Assembly (NCBI GenBank): GCA_965237955.1 | Contig: OZ250169.1 | Coordinates: 4,672,001-4,736,000 of the forward strand | DNA from: Candidatus Marinacidobacterales bacterium | GTDB lineage: Bacteria; Acidobacteriota; Vicinamibacteria; Marinacidobacterales; SMYC01 | Length of the DNA: 64,000 nt | Direction: 5' to 3' | Part shown: in pieces, positions 29,120 to 40,157 of the stretch | How positions within the stretch are numbered: the stretch's first letter is position 1 | How the letters are laid out: every line of letters starts with the position of its first letter | Program-made: the position numbers and the translations under genes | Notes under the pieces: generated by a model | The model's database searches: none | Seen by the model: only the letters and a program-made list of their open reading frames with translations | Told to the model about the DNA's origin: nothing

Positions 29120-30540
29120 GCCTGCTCTTCCAGCACATCGAGCAGATGAGCCGCGACAAGGGCGTGGATGCGGCGATCATCGTCGAGGCTGTCGAAGATG
29201 CCATTCTGACGGCGGTCAAGAAGTACTACGCCACCGAAGAGCCTTACCAGGCTCGCTTCAACAAAGAGACCGGGCAGGTCGAAGTCTTCCTCGTCAAGAC
29301 CGTGGTCGAAACCGTCACCGACCCCGAGACCGAGATTGCGCTTCCAGACGCCGAGCGCGTCGTGCGCTCGGCAACGCTCGGTAGCCAAGTGGAGCTTCAT
29401 AAACCGACCGACGTGCTCGGACGTATCGCTGCCCAGACGGCGAAGCAAGTCATCTTTCAGAAGGTTCGTGAGGCCGAGCGCGATCACATCTTCAGCGAGT
29501 ACGGCGATCGTGTAGGACAGCTCGTCACCGGCTTGGTGAAACACGCCGAGAGCGGTGACCTCGTCGTCGACCTCGGAAAGACGGAAGCGCTCTTGCCACG
29601 ACGCGAGCAGTCGCGCGCCGAGATCTTCAACCCGGGTGAGAGGATTCGGGTGGTCATCACCAGGGTGTCGAGAACCGCGCGTGGCCCGCAAGTCATCGTT
29701 TCTCGCACCGACCCGGCGCTTCTCGCAAGGCTCTTCGAGATGGAGGTTCCGGAAATCTACGAAGGCACCGTCATCGTGAAGAACGCCGTTCGCGAGCCGG
29801 GGGACCGCGCCAAAGTCGCCGTGTTCTCCAAGGAAAAGGACGTCGATCCCGTTGGAGCGTGCGTCGGCATCAAAGGAGCGCGCGTGCAGAACATCATCCG
29901 CGAGCTTCGGGGCGAGAAGATCGACATCGTGGAATGGAACGACGATGCACGGAACTACGCGCTCAACGCGCTTAATCCTGCCAAGGTCAGCCGCGTCTCC
30001 ATCGTGGACGAGAAAGACAAGGTGATGGAAGTGATCGTCGAGGAGAAGCAGCTTTCGCTTGCTATCGGCAAGCGTGGACAGAACGTCCGGCTGGCCGCGA
30101 GGCTCCTCGGATGGCGCATCGACATCAAGGGCGAGGAGGAGAAAAAGCTCGAGATCCAGACGCAAATGGACGCGGCCATGGCGCCGTCCGTAGGGACGGA
30201 TATTCGCGTCATCGAGGGCATCGGTGAGAAGACGATGAGAAAGCTCATCGCGCACGGGTTCACCTCGCTCGAGAAGGTGGTCGCGACGCCCGAAGCGGTG
30301 ACCGACGTCCCCGGTGTCGGTGTCAAGACGGCTGAAAAGCTCGTCGCCCAAGCCCGTGCGTCTCTCGGCAGTGCCGAGACGCCGGTAATAAGCGACGACT
30401 CGGCGCCGAAAGACGGCGAACCAGTCAACGAAGAGGAAGTAGTGGCGATGTCGGTTGCAGATGGCACCGGCGGCATTGCCGAAGTGGAGCCGGGGCCCGA
30501 TTTGAGCGGGCTCGACGAAGCTTCTGGGAGTGAGCGCTGA
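29116..30540 (+). CDS. nusA: Transcription termination factor NusA
   Basis: [15 protein letters not shown]1, KH domains [24 protein letters not shown]. Confidence 0.97.
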   Translation: MSLLFQHIEQMSRDKGVDAAIIVEAVEDAILTAVKKYYATEEPYQARFNKETGQVEVFLVKTVVETVTDPETEIALPDAERVVRSATLGSQVELHKPTDVLGRIAAQTAKQVIFQKVREAERDHIFSEYGDRVGQLVTGLVKHAESGDLVVDLGKTEALLPRREQSRAEIFNPGERIRVVITRVSRTARGPQVIVSRTDPALLARLFEMEVPEIYEGTVIVKNAVREPGDRAKVAVFSKEKDVDPVGACVGIKGARVQNIIRELRGEKIDIVEWNDDARNYALNALNPAKVSRVSIVDEKDKVMEVIVEEKQLSLAIGKRGQNVRLAARLLGWRIDIKGEEEKKLEIQTQMDAAMAPSVGTDIRVIEGIGEKTMRKLIAHGFTSLEKVVATPEAVTDVPGVGVKTAEKLVAQARASLGSAETPVISDDSAPKDGEPVNEEEVVAMSVADGTGGIAEVEPGPDLSGLDEASGSER

Positions 30541-33344
30541 TGGACAAGGTCAGAGTCTACGAGCTCGCTCGCGAGCTCGGCATCACGAGCCCGAAGACAA
30601 TTGCGCTTCTCAAAGAGAAGCTCAAGATTCGGGTGAAGTCGGCGTCGAGCACGATCGAGGAAGACACTGCCATCAAATTGAAACGGCTGCTGCGTCTCGA
30701 AGGCTCGTCCGCGATGCGGAAGAAAGCCGAAAAAACGGAAGCGGCCGCTGCGGGAGATGGCAAAGGCGACGCTCGGTCGGCGCGTAAGCGCCGCGCCGAA
30801 AAGGCCCGGCTCGCGTTGCTCCAGGAGATGGACGACGAGGACCGCGCCGAGAGAGAGAAAATCGAAAAGGCGGCGCGCGAAAAAAGAGAACGAGAGCGTC
30901 TCGAGGCCGAAGAGGCAGCACGGAAGGCCGCCGAAGCAGAGCGCGAGAGGGAGGCCGCCGCCGATGCCACTGCTCTCGCCGAGCTCGAAGCCATTGGCGA
31001 GGACGATGCGGAAGCGCCAGCAGGAGTTGGCGAAGATGGTGTCGTCCATGTAGGGCAGGTGGGGCCGGTGGCAAATGCGCCGGTCGAGCTACCCGCATCC
31101 GACGGGCCTGCTCAGCCTGGTCAGTCTGTCCAGGCGGCGCCCATGCCGGGGCCGATGGATCGTAGAGTTGATCTGTTGCGAAAGCCCTCCGTTTCAGCCC
31201 ACGTGCCAAAAGCCACGCCGGCTCCCAAGCTGCCTCCCGCGCCAGCGACTCCTCCTGCCGCGGCGCCGCCCGTCGCGACGACGGCGCTGCCCGCTCCGGG
31301 TCGAGAGTCGTTCGTCCCCGGACCGACGGCGCAATACGTTCGCACGCGGCCGGCGCTGCCACGGCCAACGCCCAGTGCTCGACGTGATCAGCCCAGGCCG
31401 GCGCCGTCACGTCCGCGGCCCGCAGCACCGATCAAGCGCGTTCCCGCACGCGCCGATGAAGGCAAGCCCAAATCCAAGCGGAAGGGGAAACGGCCCCAGC
31501 GTGCCGCCGCCGTGCCCGATGCCGCCGAACAGGCTCTGCCCGAGCCCATGCCTCGGCTCGACGAGCGCAATCAGGCCGCGCCTAAGATCTTCCGCAAGAT
31601 CGCATTGACAGAAGGACTTACCGTGAAGGAGCTTGCGGAGAAACTCGAGGTCAAGCACAAAGACGTCATCAAGGTTCTTCTTGGTCGCGGCGTTCTCGCG
31701 ACGATCAATCAGACGCTGACTGCCGACACCGCCAAAGAGCTAGCAAAGCAGTTCGGCGCGGAAGCGGAAATTCTCTCGTTCGAGGAGGACGTTCTCCGCG
31801 AAGAGGCAAGCGAAGAGAAGCCGGAAGATCTCGTGAGCCGCGCTCCGGTGGTTACGGTGATGGGCCACGTCGATCATGGAAAGACGAGCTTGCTCGATGC
31901 CATCCGGGAGACGAAGGTCGTCGAAAAAGAGGCCGGCGGCATTACCCAACACGTTGGCGCGTATAGCGTCACCGTGAACGAGCGGAGTGTCGTCTTCCTC
32001 GATACGCCTGGCCACGAAGCGTTCACCATGATGCGGGCCCGTGGCGCCGGGGTGACCGATCTCGTGGTTCTCGTCGTGGCGGCGGATGACGGCGTCATGC
32101 CGCAAACGCGAGAGGCGATCGACCACGCGCGTGCCGCCAAAGTCCCTGTCCTCGTCGCCATCAACAAGATCGACAAGCCAAACGTCAACCCCGATCGGGT
32201 CAGACAGCAGCTCAACGAGCTCGAGCTCGTGCCCGAAGATTGGGGCGGTAACACCGTGTTCGTCGAGGTCTCAGCGAAGAAGCGGGAGGGTTTGGATCTC
32301 CTGTTGGAGATGATCCTTCTCGTCGCGGACCTCCGTGAGCTCAAAGCGAATCCCGAACGCGCGGGCATGGGCACGGTGCTCGAAGCCAAGCTCGACAAGG
32401 GCAAAGGTCCGGTGGCTCACGTGCTCATCCAGAACGGAAGCGTCGAGATCGGCGATCCGTTCATCGCGGGGGCGGTTCACGGAAAAGTTCGCGCCATGCT
32501 GGACGATCGCGGGCACAAGGTCAAAAAGGTCGGGCCTTCGTCTCCAGTGGAGATCCTCGGGCTGACCTCGCTTCCCCAAGCCGGCGATCAGTTCCAGGTC
32601 TTCGGCGACAGCTTCAAGGCGCGACAGATTTCGGAGTTGCGCCAACAGAAGCTCCGCGAGCGTGAATTGGCGTCGTCGGCGCGCCTAACCCTGGACCACC
32701 TGCACCAGCAAGTCCAGGAAGGTAATGTTAAGGACCTTCCGATTATCGTCAAGGCGGACGTGCAAGGCTCGGCCGAGGTTCTAACCAACACTTTGCAAAA
32801 ACTCTCCACCGAAAAAGTGAAGATCAAGATCATTCTTGCCGGCGTCGGCGCCATCACCGACAACGACGTCACCCTCGCGCTGGCTTCGAACGCCGTCATC
32901 ATCGGTTTCAACATCCGGCCCGAGCGCTCGGCCGAGGAGCTGGCCGCCAAAGAGAACATCGATATCCGTCTGCACACGGTCATCTACAACATCACTGACG
33001 AGCTCAAGAAAGCCATGGAAGGTCTTCTCGAACCTACGTTCACAGAGGTCACGTTGGGCCGCGCCGAAGTTCGCGACACCTTCAAGGTGCCCAAAATCGG
33101 TGTCGTCGCTGGCTGCTACGTGTCGGACGGCAAAGTGCTGCGCAACGCGGACGTTCGGCTGCTTCGCGACAACGTCGTCGTGTTCGAAGGCAAAATCGGA
33201 AGCCTCAGGCGCTTCAAGGACGACGCGGGTGAGGTCAAAGAGGGCTTCGAGTGCGGTATCGGTCTTGCCGGCTACAACGACATCAAAGTCGGTGATGTGA
33301 TTGAAGCCTTCACGATGGAGAAGGTGCAGCCTACGACTGCGTAA
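30540..33344 (+). CDS. infB: Translation initiation factor IF-2
   Basis: [26 protein letters not shown]. Confidence 0.98.
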   Translation: MDKVRVYELARELGITSPKTIALLKEKLKIRVKSASSTIEEDTAIKLKRLLRLEGSSAMRKKAEKTEAAAAGDGKGDARSARKRRAEKARLALLQEMDDEDRAEREKIEKAAREKRERERLEAEEAARKAAEAEREREAAADATALAELEAIGEDDAEAPAGVGEDGVVHVGQVGPVANAPVELPASDGPAQPGQSVQAAPMPGPMDRRVDLLRKPSVSAHVPKATPAPKLPPAPATPPAAAPPVATTALPAPGRESFVPGPTAQYVRTRPALPRPTPSARRDQPRPAPSRPRPAAPIKRVPARADEGKPKSKRKGKRPQRAAAVPDAAEQALPEPMPRLDERNQAAPKIFRKIALTEGLTVKELAEKLEVKHKDVIKVLLGRGVLATINQTLTADTAKELAKQFGAEAEILSFEEDVLREEASEEKPEDLVSRAPVVTVMGHVDHGKTSLLDAIRETKVVEKEAGGITQHVGAYSVTVNERSVVFLDTPGHEAFTMMRARGAGVTDLVVLVVAADDGVMPQTREAIDHARAAKVPVLVAINKIDKPNVNPDRVRQQLNELELVPEDWGGNTVFVEVSAKKREGLDLLLEMILLVADLRELKANPERAGMGTVLEAKLDKGKGPVAHVLIQNGSVEIGDPFIAGAVHGKVRAMLDDRGHKVKKVGPSSPVEILGLTSLPQAGDQFQVFGDSFKARQISELRQQKLRERELASSARLTLDHLHQQVQEGNVKDLPIIVKADVQGSAEVLTNTLQKLSTEKVKIKIILAGVGAITDNDVTLALASNAVIIGFNIRPERSAEELAAKENIDIRLHTVIYNITDELKKAMEGLLEPTFTEVTLGRAEVRDTFKVPKIGVVAGCYVSDGKVLRNADVRLLRDNVVVFEGKIGSLRRFKDDAGEVKEGFECGIGLAGYNDIKVGDVIEAFTMEKVQPTTA

Positions 33345-33349
33345 GATTC

Positions 33350-33496
33350 GGCATCCAGCATTCAGTATCCAGCATTCAGTTCAACTTGCGCGGTGCCGGT
33401 ACTAATCGGGTTCGCTTACCGGCAGGGACGGTGGTCAATTGACAGCGCTACCCACCAGCAGGGCTTGATGTGAACTGAATGCTGGATGCTGAATTC
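33350..33496. repeat. Heptamer-bounded inverted-repeat element
   Basis: CATCCAGCATTCAGTATCCAGCATTCAGTTCA ... TGAACTGAATGCTGGATGCTGAAT. Confidence 0.8.
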
Positions 33497-33513
33497 CAAT
33501 GCAGCGAAGCACC

Positions 33514-33831
33514 ATGAGCAGCAAAGCATCCAAAGAAGCAGGACGCCCCATCATCGGCCTGCTTACAGTCGAGCTTCATTTCCCGGAGGCGCAGTCGTTG
33601 AAGACGAAGCGCATGGTGGTCAAGTCCATCAAAGACCGCATCCGGCGAAAGTTCAACGTATCCATCGCCGAGACGGGCTATCTCGATTTATGGCAGCGGT
33701 CCGAGCTCGCGGTGGTCTCGGTGTCGGGAGCGCGCCCGGTGCTGGAATCACAGCTCGAAGCGGTCACCCGCGATCTCGAGGTCGAATTCAGCTCCGAGCT
33801 CGTTAAGACGAGCTTTGAGCTCATCGAGTAG
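33514..33831 (+). CDS. DUF503 (YlxP) family protein
   Basis: SLKTKRMVVKSIKDR..FNVSIAE..DLWQR; position between infB and rbfA. Confidence 0.9.
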   Translation: MSSKASKEAGRPIIGLLTVELHFPEAQSLKTKRMVVKSIKDRIRRKFNVSIAETGYLDLWQRSELAVVSVSGARPVLESQLEAVTRDLEVEFSSELVKTSFELIE

Positions 33832-33837
33832 AACCGA

Positions 33838-34254
33838 ATGGCTAGGCAGCGCGGCGAGAGAATCCGACCCGGACGGGTGGCCGAACAACTACGTATGGAC
33901 GTTGCGGATATTCTCCAAAACGATCTGAAGGATCCACGGCTTGGTCTCGTGACTTGCACGAGAGTCGACCTGACGAACGATCTTCGTCACGCAAAGGTTT
34001 ACGTGAGCGTGCTCGGCGAGGAGAAGGACAGCTCGATGCAGGCGCTCGAAAGCGCGACCGGATACGTTCGGCGCCAACTCGCCGGGCGCCTGGGACTGAG
34101 AGTGTCCCCCGAGATCGTCTTCGTGTTCGATCCTTCGGTAGAGTACAGCATCCGACTCGAGGGGCTGATCGAAGAGACCAAACGACGGAGTCCCTCCGAC
34201 GATGATTCGCCCGCGCCGGAGTCGCCCGACGACGGCTTCGCCGAGGAAAGCTGA
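33838..34254 (+). CDS. rbfA: 30S ribosome-binding factor A
   Basis: LKDPRL..VT.TRVDLTNDL..AKVYVS, PEIVFVFD.S. Confidence 0.95.
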   Translation: MARQRGERIRPGRVAEQLRMDVADILQNDLKDPRLGLVTCTRVDLTNDLRHAKVYVSVLGEEKDSSMQALESATGYVRRQLAGRLGLRVSPEIVFVFDPSVEYSIRLEGLIEETKRRSPSDDDSPAPESPDDGFAEES

Positions 34255-34280
34255 CGGTCCCTCGCGGCCGATGACGCTGA

Positions 34281-35198
34281 ATGAATGGCGTTCTGCTAGT
34301 CGACAAGCCGTCCGGACCGACGTCGTACGATATCGTGGCACGCGTCCGGCGCATTCTCGATGAGAAACGTTGCGGTCATACCGGCACCCTCGATCCGTTC
34401 GCGACCGGACTCTTGATTTTGTGCCTCGGCCGTGCAACGCGGTTGTCTCGATTTCTCACGGCCGCTTTCAAGAGCTACGTGGCGACGATCCGATTCGGCT
34501 ACGCGACCGATACGTACGATCGCACGGGCACGCCGCTCGGTGATGTCCGCGACTACGAGCCCGAGCGGGACGTCCTCGTGCGCGCACTCTCGAGCTTCGA
34601 GGGCCGCCAGATGCAACGTCCGCCGGCGTTTTCCGCCAAGAAACTCGGCGGCAAACGCCTGTATCAGCTCGCACGGGAAGGCGTCCCGGCCACCGCGCGT
34701 CCCGTCGAGGTCGAGATCCGGGAGCTCGAGCTTCTCGATGTCGAAGGTGCCGAGGCTCGCATCCGGGTAACGGTTTCGAGCGGGACCTATATCCGCTCGC
34801 TGGCGCACGACGTCGGTGAGAAGCTCGGAGCCGGTGCTCATCTCAAAGAGCTCCGGAGGACCGCTATTGCGTCGTTCTCCGTGTCCGAGGCGGTCGATAT
34901 GGAGACGCTCGAGACATTCGGGACATTCGGGACAGGGGGCGCGGTTGCGTCGCTGCTATCGCCCGAAGACGCTTTGAGAGATCTACCCAGCGTCCACGTC
35001 GGGCCCGATGCCGCCCGACGGCTCGTGAACGGCCAACCCCCACGATGGGACGAGATTGGCTCGACTTGGGACGTCCAGGCTGCGCCCCGCCATATTCGCG
35101 TGCTCGGTCCCTCGGGCGAGCTGTTAGCGGTGGGTGGGCCCGATGAACGGGGCATTCGCCCGCTGGTCGTTTGGGGGCAAAGCGCGAAAAACACCTAA
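34281..35198 (+). CDS. truB: tRNA pseudouridine(55) synthase
   Basis: DKPSGPTS, GHTGTLDPFATG, SSGTYIRSLAHD. Confidence 0.96.
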   Translation: MNGVLLVDKPSGPTSYDIVARVRRILDEKRCGHTGTLDPFATGLLILCLGRATRLSRFLTAAFKSYVATIRFGYATDTYDRTGTPLGDVRDYEPERDVLVRALSSFEGRQMQRPPAFSAKKLGGKRLYQLAREGVPATARPVEVEIRELELLDVEGAEARIRVTVSSGTYIRSLAHDVGEKLGAGAHLKELRRTAIASFSVSEAVDMETLETFGTFGTGGAVASLLSPEDALRDLPSVHVGPDAARRLVNGQPPRWDEIGSTWDVQAAPRHIRVLGPSGELLAVGGPDERGIRPLVVWGQSAKNT

Positions 35199-35208
35199 AA
35201 CGTAACTC

Positions 35209-35237
35209 TTTACAGCCCTTTGGCGCTGTGCTACGAT
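35209..35237 (+). promoter_or_regulatory. Putative sigma70 promoter of rpsO
   Basis: TTTACA-N17-TACGAT with extended -10 TG. Confidence 0.55.
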
Positions 35238-35288
35238 GCCGGAGATAGTATAGGAAAGGAAAAAGAGTAGAATCGCGGAGGACCTTAT

Positions 35289-35558
35289 TTGACGCTCACC
35301 AAGGACAAAAAGACCGATCTGATCGGAGAATACCAGCTTCACGGCTCGGACACAGGCTCACCAGAAGTACAAATTGCCATTCTAAGTGAGCGCATTGGCT
35401 ACCTCACCGAGCACTTCAAGACCCACAGCAAAGACCATCATTCGCGTCGCGGCCTCTTGAAAATGGTCGGCCAGAGGCGCCGATTGCTGGACTACCTGAA
35501 GAAGAAAGACGTTAGCCGCTATCGAGGCGTTATCCAGCGGCTCGGAATCCGCAAATAA
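35289..35558 (+). CDS. rpsO: 30S ribosomal protein S15
   Basis: [30 protein letters not shown]. Confidence 0.98.
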   Translation: MTLTKDKKTDLIGEYQLHGSDTGSPEVQIAILSERIGYLTEHFKTHSKDHHSRRGLLKMVGQRRRLLDYLKKKDVSRYRGVIQRLGIRK

Positions 35559-35812
35559 AATGGATTCATCACCTGGCTCGATTGCCATGTGGTGTCGTTT
35601 GACTTCGGGCGGACTCTTAGCCCGCTCCCGTGCGCCGGTCTTCGTTTATCCGATATACCCTCGGTCCTCCGGTCCCTGCTAACTGGCGAGACCATCCTTG
35701 GTTTGGACGTCGTCCCGATGACGATGCCCCCCGTCCCAGCGTGGCGCTTCCTGTGTAATCGCCTCGTGCCATTTTCGGCGGGGCCTCCGATTGGATTCGA
35801 GAGGAGAATTAA

Positions 35813-38029
35813 ATGATTCATCGAAAAGAGGTGGAGATAGGCGGAACCACCGTGTCCATCGAAATGGGCAAACTCGCCAAACAAGCCAACGGTGCAGCCG
35901 TCGTGCGCATGGGCGACACGGTCGTGCTCGTCACCGCCTGTATGTCCAAAGATGCACGGGAGGGCGTCACCTTTCTGCCGCTCACCGTCGACTACCGCGA
36001 GAGCTTCTATGCCGCCGGCAAGATCCCCGGCGGTTTCTTCAAACGGGAAGGGCGTCCGAACGAAAAAGAGGTCTTGACCAGCCGTTTGATTGATAGACCG
36101 CTCCGACCCCTTTTCCCGGACGGATGGCACTACGAGACCCAGGTCATTGGGCTCGTGCTTTCCACCGACAAGGAGAACGACGCCGACGTTCTCGCGCTGA
36201 CGGGTGCATCGACGGCTCTCTACTGCTCGGACATCGCGTTCACGACGCCGATCGCGGCCGTGCGAATAGGTATCATCGGCGGTGAGTTCGTTGCCAACCC
36301 GACGTTCGAACAGGTCAAGAGCAGCGATCTCGACCTTATCGTCGCGGGCTCCAAGGAAGCGATCGTCATGGTCGAGGCCGGCGCGAACGACGTGTCCGAA
36401 GCGAAGATGGTAGAAGCTCTCGGTTTCGCGCACGAGGAGATCAAGAAACTCGTCACGCTCCAGGAAGAGCTCTATAAAGCCATCGCTCCGGTAAAGCGGG
36501 AAGTCGCGCCTCGGGAGCAAAACGTTGCTCTGGAAAAAGAGATCGAAGAAAAACTCTACACCAAGCTCCAGGAAGCGATGCGCACGGAGGGCAAACTTGC
36601 TGCCGAGAGTGCCGTCGATGTCATCAAGGCCGAGCTGAAGGAAGAATTTGCGGAGAGGGAGCCCGAAGAGCTCGCCCTGGTCTCTGGGATCTTCAAGGGG
36701 CTTCAAGAGAAAGCGCTACGGCAAGAAGTCCTCGAAAAGCGTCAGCGGCTCGATGGGCGCGCGTTCGACGCGGTGCGCGAGATCACGTGTGAGGTCGGCG
36801 TGTTGCCGCGAACCCACGGCTCCTCGGTGTTCACCCGCGGGGAAACGCAAGCGCTCGTCACCGTGACTTTGGGAACGTCGGACGATGCGCAGCGTATGGA
36901 CTTCCTCGAGGGAGATTTCCAGAAGCGCTTCATGCTCCACTACAATTTCCCTCCTTTTTCCGTCGGCGAAGCGCGCTTTCTGCGCGGGCCCGGTCGCCGG
37001 GAGATTGGGCACGGCGCGCTCGCCGAACGAGCGCTGGTTCCGGTCATTCCGTCAGACACGGATTTTCCTTACACGATCCGGATCGTGTCGGACATTCTCG
37101 AGTCGAACGGCTCGTCCTCGATGGCGTCGGTCACCGGCGGGTGTCTCGCGTTGATGGACGCGGGTGTTCCCCTCAAGGCTCCCATTGCGGGTATCGCCAT
37201 GGGTCTCGTCAAAGAAGGTGACAACTACGCCATCCTGACGGACATCGCCGGCGCCGAAGATCACTACGGCGATATGGATTTCAAGGTGGCGGGAACGGTG
37301 AACGGCATCACCGCGCTCCAGATGGACATCAAGATCACCGGTCTGACGCAAGTGCTCGTGGCGGAGGCGCTCGAGCAGGCACGTCAAGCGCGCATGTTCA
37401 TCCTCGAGAAGATGGCGAGCGCTCTTCCGGCGCCGCGGGAGGAGATTTCGACGTTCGCGCCGCGCATCTTCACCCTGCAGATCCCTACCGACAAAATCCG
37501 CGACGTCATCGGACCCGGCGGCAAGATGATTCGGAGCATCATCGAGCGAACCGGTGTGAAGATCGACGTCGAGGACAACGGCACGGTGTCGATCGCTTCG
37601 TCGGACGGAGACGCCGCGAAAAAAGCGATCCAAATCATCGAAGAGCTCACCGCTGTCCCCGAGGTCGGCAAGAAATACTTGGGCAAGGTGGCGCGGATCG
37701 TCGACTTCGGCGCGTTCGTCGAGATCATTCCGGGGACGGATGGGCTGGTTCACGTCTCGGAAGTCGCCGACTACCGCGTCAACGACGTCCATGACGAGCT
37801 GTCCGAGGGAGATCAGATCCTGGTCAAGGTCATCAACATCGATCCCCAGGGGAAAGTGAAGCTTTCGAGGAAAGCGGTGATCCGTGAGCAGGCCGGTTTG
37901 CCGCCGGAGCCTCCTCAAGAGCCGCGACCGCGACGCGATCGTGACGGTCGGGATGGCCGAGGCGATGGTGGCGGAAGATCGAGGCGCCGTCGCCCAGGAG
38001 GCGGAGGCGGCCGCGAAGGTCGAGCCTAA
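35813..38029 (+). CDS. pnp: Polyribonucleotide nucleotidyltransferase
   Basis: Two RNase PH domains, RREIGHG, GDMDFKVAG, KH and S1. Confidence 0.98.
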   Translation: MIHRKEVEIGGTTVSIEMGKLAKQANGAAVVRMGDTVVLVTACMSKDAREGVTFLPLTVDYRESFYAAGKIPGGFFKREGRPNEKEVLTSRLIDRPLRPLFPDGWHYETQVIGLVLSTDKENDADVLALTGASTALYCSDIAFTTPIAAVRIGIIGGEFVANPTFEQVKSSDLDLIVAGSKEAIVMVEAGANDVSEAKMVEALGFAHEEIKKLVTLQEELYKAIAPVKREVAPREQNVALEKEIEEKLYTKLQEAMRTEGKLAAESAVDVIKAELKEEFAEREPEELALVSGIFKGLQEKALRQEVLEKRQRLDGRAFDAVREITCEVGVLPRTHGSSVFTRGETQALVTVTLGTSDDAQRMDFLEGDFQKRFMLHYNFPPFSVGEARFLRGPGRREIGHGALAERALVPVIPSDTDFPYTIRIVSDILESNGSSSMASVTGGCLALMDAGVPLKAPIAGIAMGLVKEGDNYAILTDIAGAEDHYGDMDFKVAGTVNGITALQMDIKITGLTQVLVAEALEQARQARMFILEKMASALPAPREEISTFAPRIFTLQIPTDKIRDVIGPGGKMIRSIIERTGVKIDVEDNGTVSIASSDGDAAKKAIQIIEELTAVPEVGKKYLGKVARIVDFGAFVEIIPGTDGLVHVSEVADYRVNDVHDELSEGDQILVKVINIDPQGKVKLSRKAVIREQAGLPPEPPQEPRPRRDRDGRDGRGDGGGRSRRRRPGGGGGREGRA

Positions 38030-38062
38030 ATCAAGACGTCCCCGCGAAGCGGGGACATCCGA

Positions 38063-38121
38063 ACACCCCTCTCCCCGATGGGGAGAGGGTCCCGAGCGCA
38101 AGCGAGGGGGGTGAGGGGTGC
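38063..38121. repeat. REP-like GC-rich palindrome between convergent genes
   Basis: CACCCCTCTCCCCGATGGGGAGAGGG...GGGTGAGGGGTG. Confidence 0.65.
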
Positions 38122-38169
38122 CCCCCCAAAACTCCGCGCTTCCCGGCACAACGGGGAAGCACCTGGCCT

Positions 38170-38463
38170 TTACTTACCGACGACGGCGAGGATATCGTCC
38201 TCGCGCAAGATCAAGTATTCGTTCCCCTCGATCTTGACTTCAGTGCCGGCGTACTTGCCGAAAAGCACCTTGTCGCCTTTTTTCACTTCGAGCGCGACCC
38301 GAGTCCCGTTGTCCAGGGTCGTGCCGTTTCCCACCGCGGTGACTTTTCCGCGTTGGGGTTTTTCTTTGGCGGTGTCGGGAATGATGATGCCGCCTCCGGA
38401 CTTCTCTTGGGTTTCCTCGAGACGTTGCACGAGGATACGATCGTGCAGTGGCCGAACCTTCAT
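38170..38463 (-). CDS. groES: Co-chaperonin GroES (no adjacent groEL)
   Basis: [35 protein letters not shown]. Confidence 0.97.
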   Translation of the reverse strand: MKVRPLHDRILVQRLEETQEKSGGGIIIPDTAKEKPQRGKVTAVGNGTTLDNGTRVALEVKKGDKVLFGKYAGTEVKIEGNEYLILREDDILAVVGK

Positions 38464-38533
38464 CGAACCTCCTTTCGTGAGCGAACGAACTGAAGACTAT
38501 AGTAGGAATTGGACTAAGGATCAATTCTGCCTT

Positions 38534-38640
38534 CAGCCGTCGGCCATCAGCTAGCCTTCGCTTTGGCTGTCGTGCCGTGCCGGTACCGGCGAGGGCGTCC
38601 CAACGCCTCAGTCCCGCTGATGGCGGATGGCCGATGGCAG
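38534..38640. repeat. Heptamer (GCCATCA/GCCATCG)-bounded inverted-repeat element
   Basis: CAGCCGTCGGCCATCAGC ... GCTGATGGCGGATGGCCGATGGC. Confidence 0.75.
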
Positions 38641-38642
38641 AT

Positions 38643-38846
38643 CTAACGACGTATCTTCAATTCCTGAAGCTTCTTACTCAACGTGTTTCGGTGAATATGC
38701 AACACCCTTGCGGCGCGGGAGAGGTTGCCTTTCTCGCGTTCGATGACTCGAGAGAGAAATCGCTTTTCGAACTCGCGTTTGGCTTCGGGATAGCGGATGC
38801 CGCCTTCGATCATCTCCATGATCAGCTCGTCCAGCTTCTGCTTCAT
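38643..38846 (-). CDS. Small Fis-type HTH protein
   Basis: EFEKRFL..GNLSRAARVLHIHRNTLSKKL. Confidence 0.85.
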   Translation of the reverse strand: MKQKLDELIMEMIEGGIRYPEAKREFEKRFLSRVIEREKGNLSRAARVLHIHRNTLSKKLQELKIRR

Positions 38847-38886
38847 CGAAGCTCTGCCGTCGGTGGACTTCCGGCTACCCATTTTT

Positions 38887-39789
38887 TTACAAGTCGCTCT
38901 TGCCCGTCAGAGAACGGTAGGCGTGCAGGTAGCGTTCGCGTGTGCCCTCGACGACGTCGGCGGGGAGCTCGGGTCCGGGAGGCTTCTTGTCCCAATCCAA
39001 CGTCTCGAGGAATTCGCGCACGAACTGCTTGTCGAAGCTCGGCTGGTCATGTCCCGGTTCGTAGTCGACCCGCGGCCAAAAGCGCGATGAATCAGGTGTG
39101 AGCACTTCATCGATGAGATAGAGCTCGCCGGTATGTGGATCGCTTCCGAACTCGAACTTGGTGTCGGCGATGATGATGCCCTTGTCCGCGGCTTCGCGCC
39201 GCCCGAGCTCATATAGTTGTAAAGAGATGTTTTTGAGCCGCGCGGTGAGCTCTTCGCCCAAGGCGTCCGCCATGACGGTCTCACTGACGTTGACATCGTG
39301 CCCCGACGTCGCTTTGGCCGCGGGCGTGAACAACGGCGCTTCGAACTTGTCGGCGAGCCGCATGCCCTCGGGCAGCGAGATACCGCACACGCTCTGTTTC
39401 TGCTGGTACTCCTTCCATCCCGAACCGTAGAGATAGCCGCGGACGACACATTCGAACGGCACCGGTTCGAGCTTCGCGACCAACATCGAGCGGAGCGCGA
39501 GCTGTTCGCGGTAGGGTGCCAGCTCGTCCGGGTAGGCGTCGACGTCGCTAGTGACGACGTGGTTTTCGACGAGGTCACGACTCTTGTCGAACCAATACAT
39601 CGAGAGTTGGTTTAGTACTTTTCCTTTGTCGGGAATCCCGTTAGGGAGCACGACATCGAACGCGGATATGCGGTCGGTGGCGACGAGTAACAGATGCTTC
39701 CCGATCTCGTAAATGTCTCGAACCTTGCCCCGCGCGCGCGGAACGAGCCCGCCCAAGTCTGTTTCGATGACAACATTGGCTACCGCCAC
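38887..39789 (-). CDS. purC: SAICAR synthetase
   Basis: GKVRDIY, TDRISAFD, ECVVRGYL.GS, ADTKFEFG, DEVLTPDSSRFW, DKQFVR. Confidence 0.97.
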   Translation of the reverse strand: MAVANVVIETDLGGLVPRARGKVRDIYEIGKHLLLVATDRISAFDVVLPNGIPDKGKVLNQLSMYWFDKSRDLVENHVVTSDVDAYPDELAPYREQLALRSMLVAKLEPVPFECVVRGYLYGSGWKEYQQKQSVCGISLPEGMRLADKFEAPLFTPAAKATSGHDVNVSETVMADALGEELTARLKNISLQLYELGRREAADKGIIIADTKFEFGSDPHTGELYLIDEVLTPDSSRFWPRVDYEPGHDQPSFDKQFVREFLETLDWDKKPPGPELPADVVEGTRERYLHAYRSLTGKSDL

Positions 39790-39917
39790 GATAGAATCGA
39801 CGCCTTCTTAGTAGGTTCAGTTGGCTCAGGCGGCTATTTCGAGCCGCAGCGACCCGGTGTTCTCCAATCCAGAGACGCCGACGACTGTACCCCCGACCCC
39901 TCGAGCTGAGGCGGCGT

Positions 39918-39946
39918 ATTGTAGGGAACGTGCGCGAGGACGTCAA
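39918..39946 (-). promoter_or_regulatory. Putative sigma70 promoter upstream of the purC leader
   Basis: TTGACG-N17-TACAAT on the minus strand. Confidence 0.7.
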
Positions 39947-39965
39947 GTACTTGTGTGGATCAGTG

Positions 39966-40156
39966 CGGCATACGGCATACGGGTCAGACCAAGGCTTCGC
40001 CGCTAAGAAACGACGCGTTGTCGACAACCACGTCGCCGATCAGGCACGTTGTTTCGGTCGGAGTTCGTGCGAAACGTTGCCGAAGACGGGCACGGTAAGC
40101 ACCGGCGTGCCTTTCCTTGACGGCAAGGCGCGGTTTGACCCGTACGCCGTATACCG
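39966..40156. repeat. Heptamer (CGGCATA)-bounded inverted-repeat element
   Basis: CGGCATACGGCATACGGGTCAGACC ... GGTTTGACCCGTACGCCGTATACCG (25 bp imperfect inverted repeat). Confidence 0.75.
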
Positions 40157-40157
40157 A

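Noticed and set aside
17844-38149. Long antisense ORFs such as 19595-20827, 28882-30351, 35519-36706 and 37052-38149
   Set aside because: Shadow frames of high-GC housekeeping genes with no recognisable motifs.
39822-39910. Canonical tRNA gene
   Set aside because: No 7 bp acceptor stem and no GTTC T-loop; kept only as a candidate structured leader.
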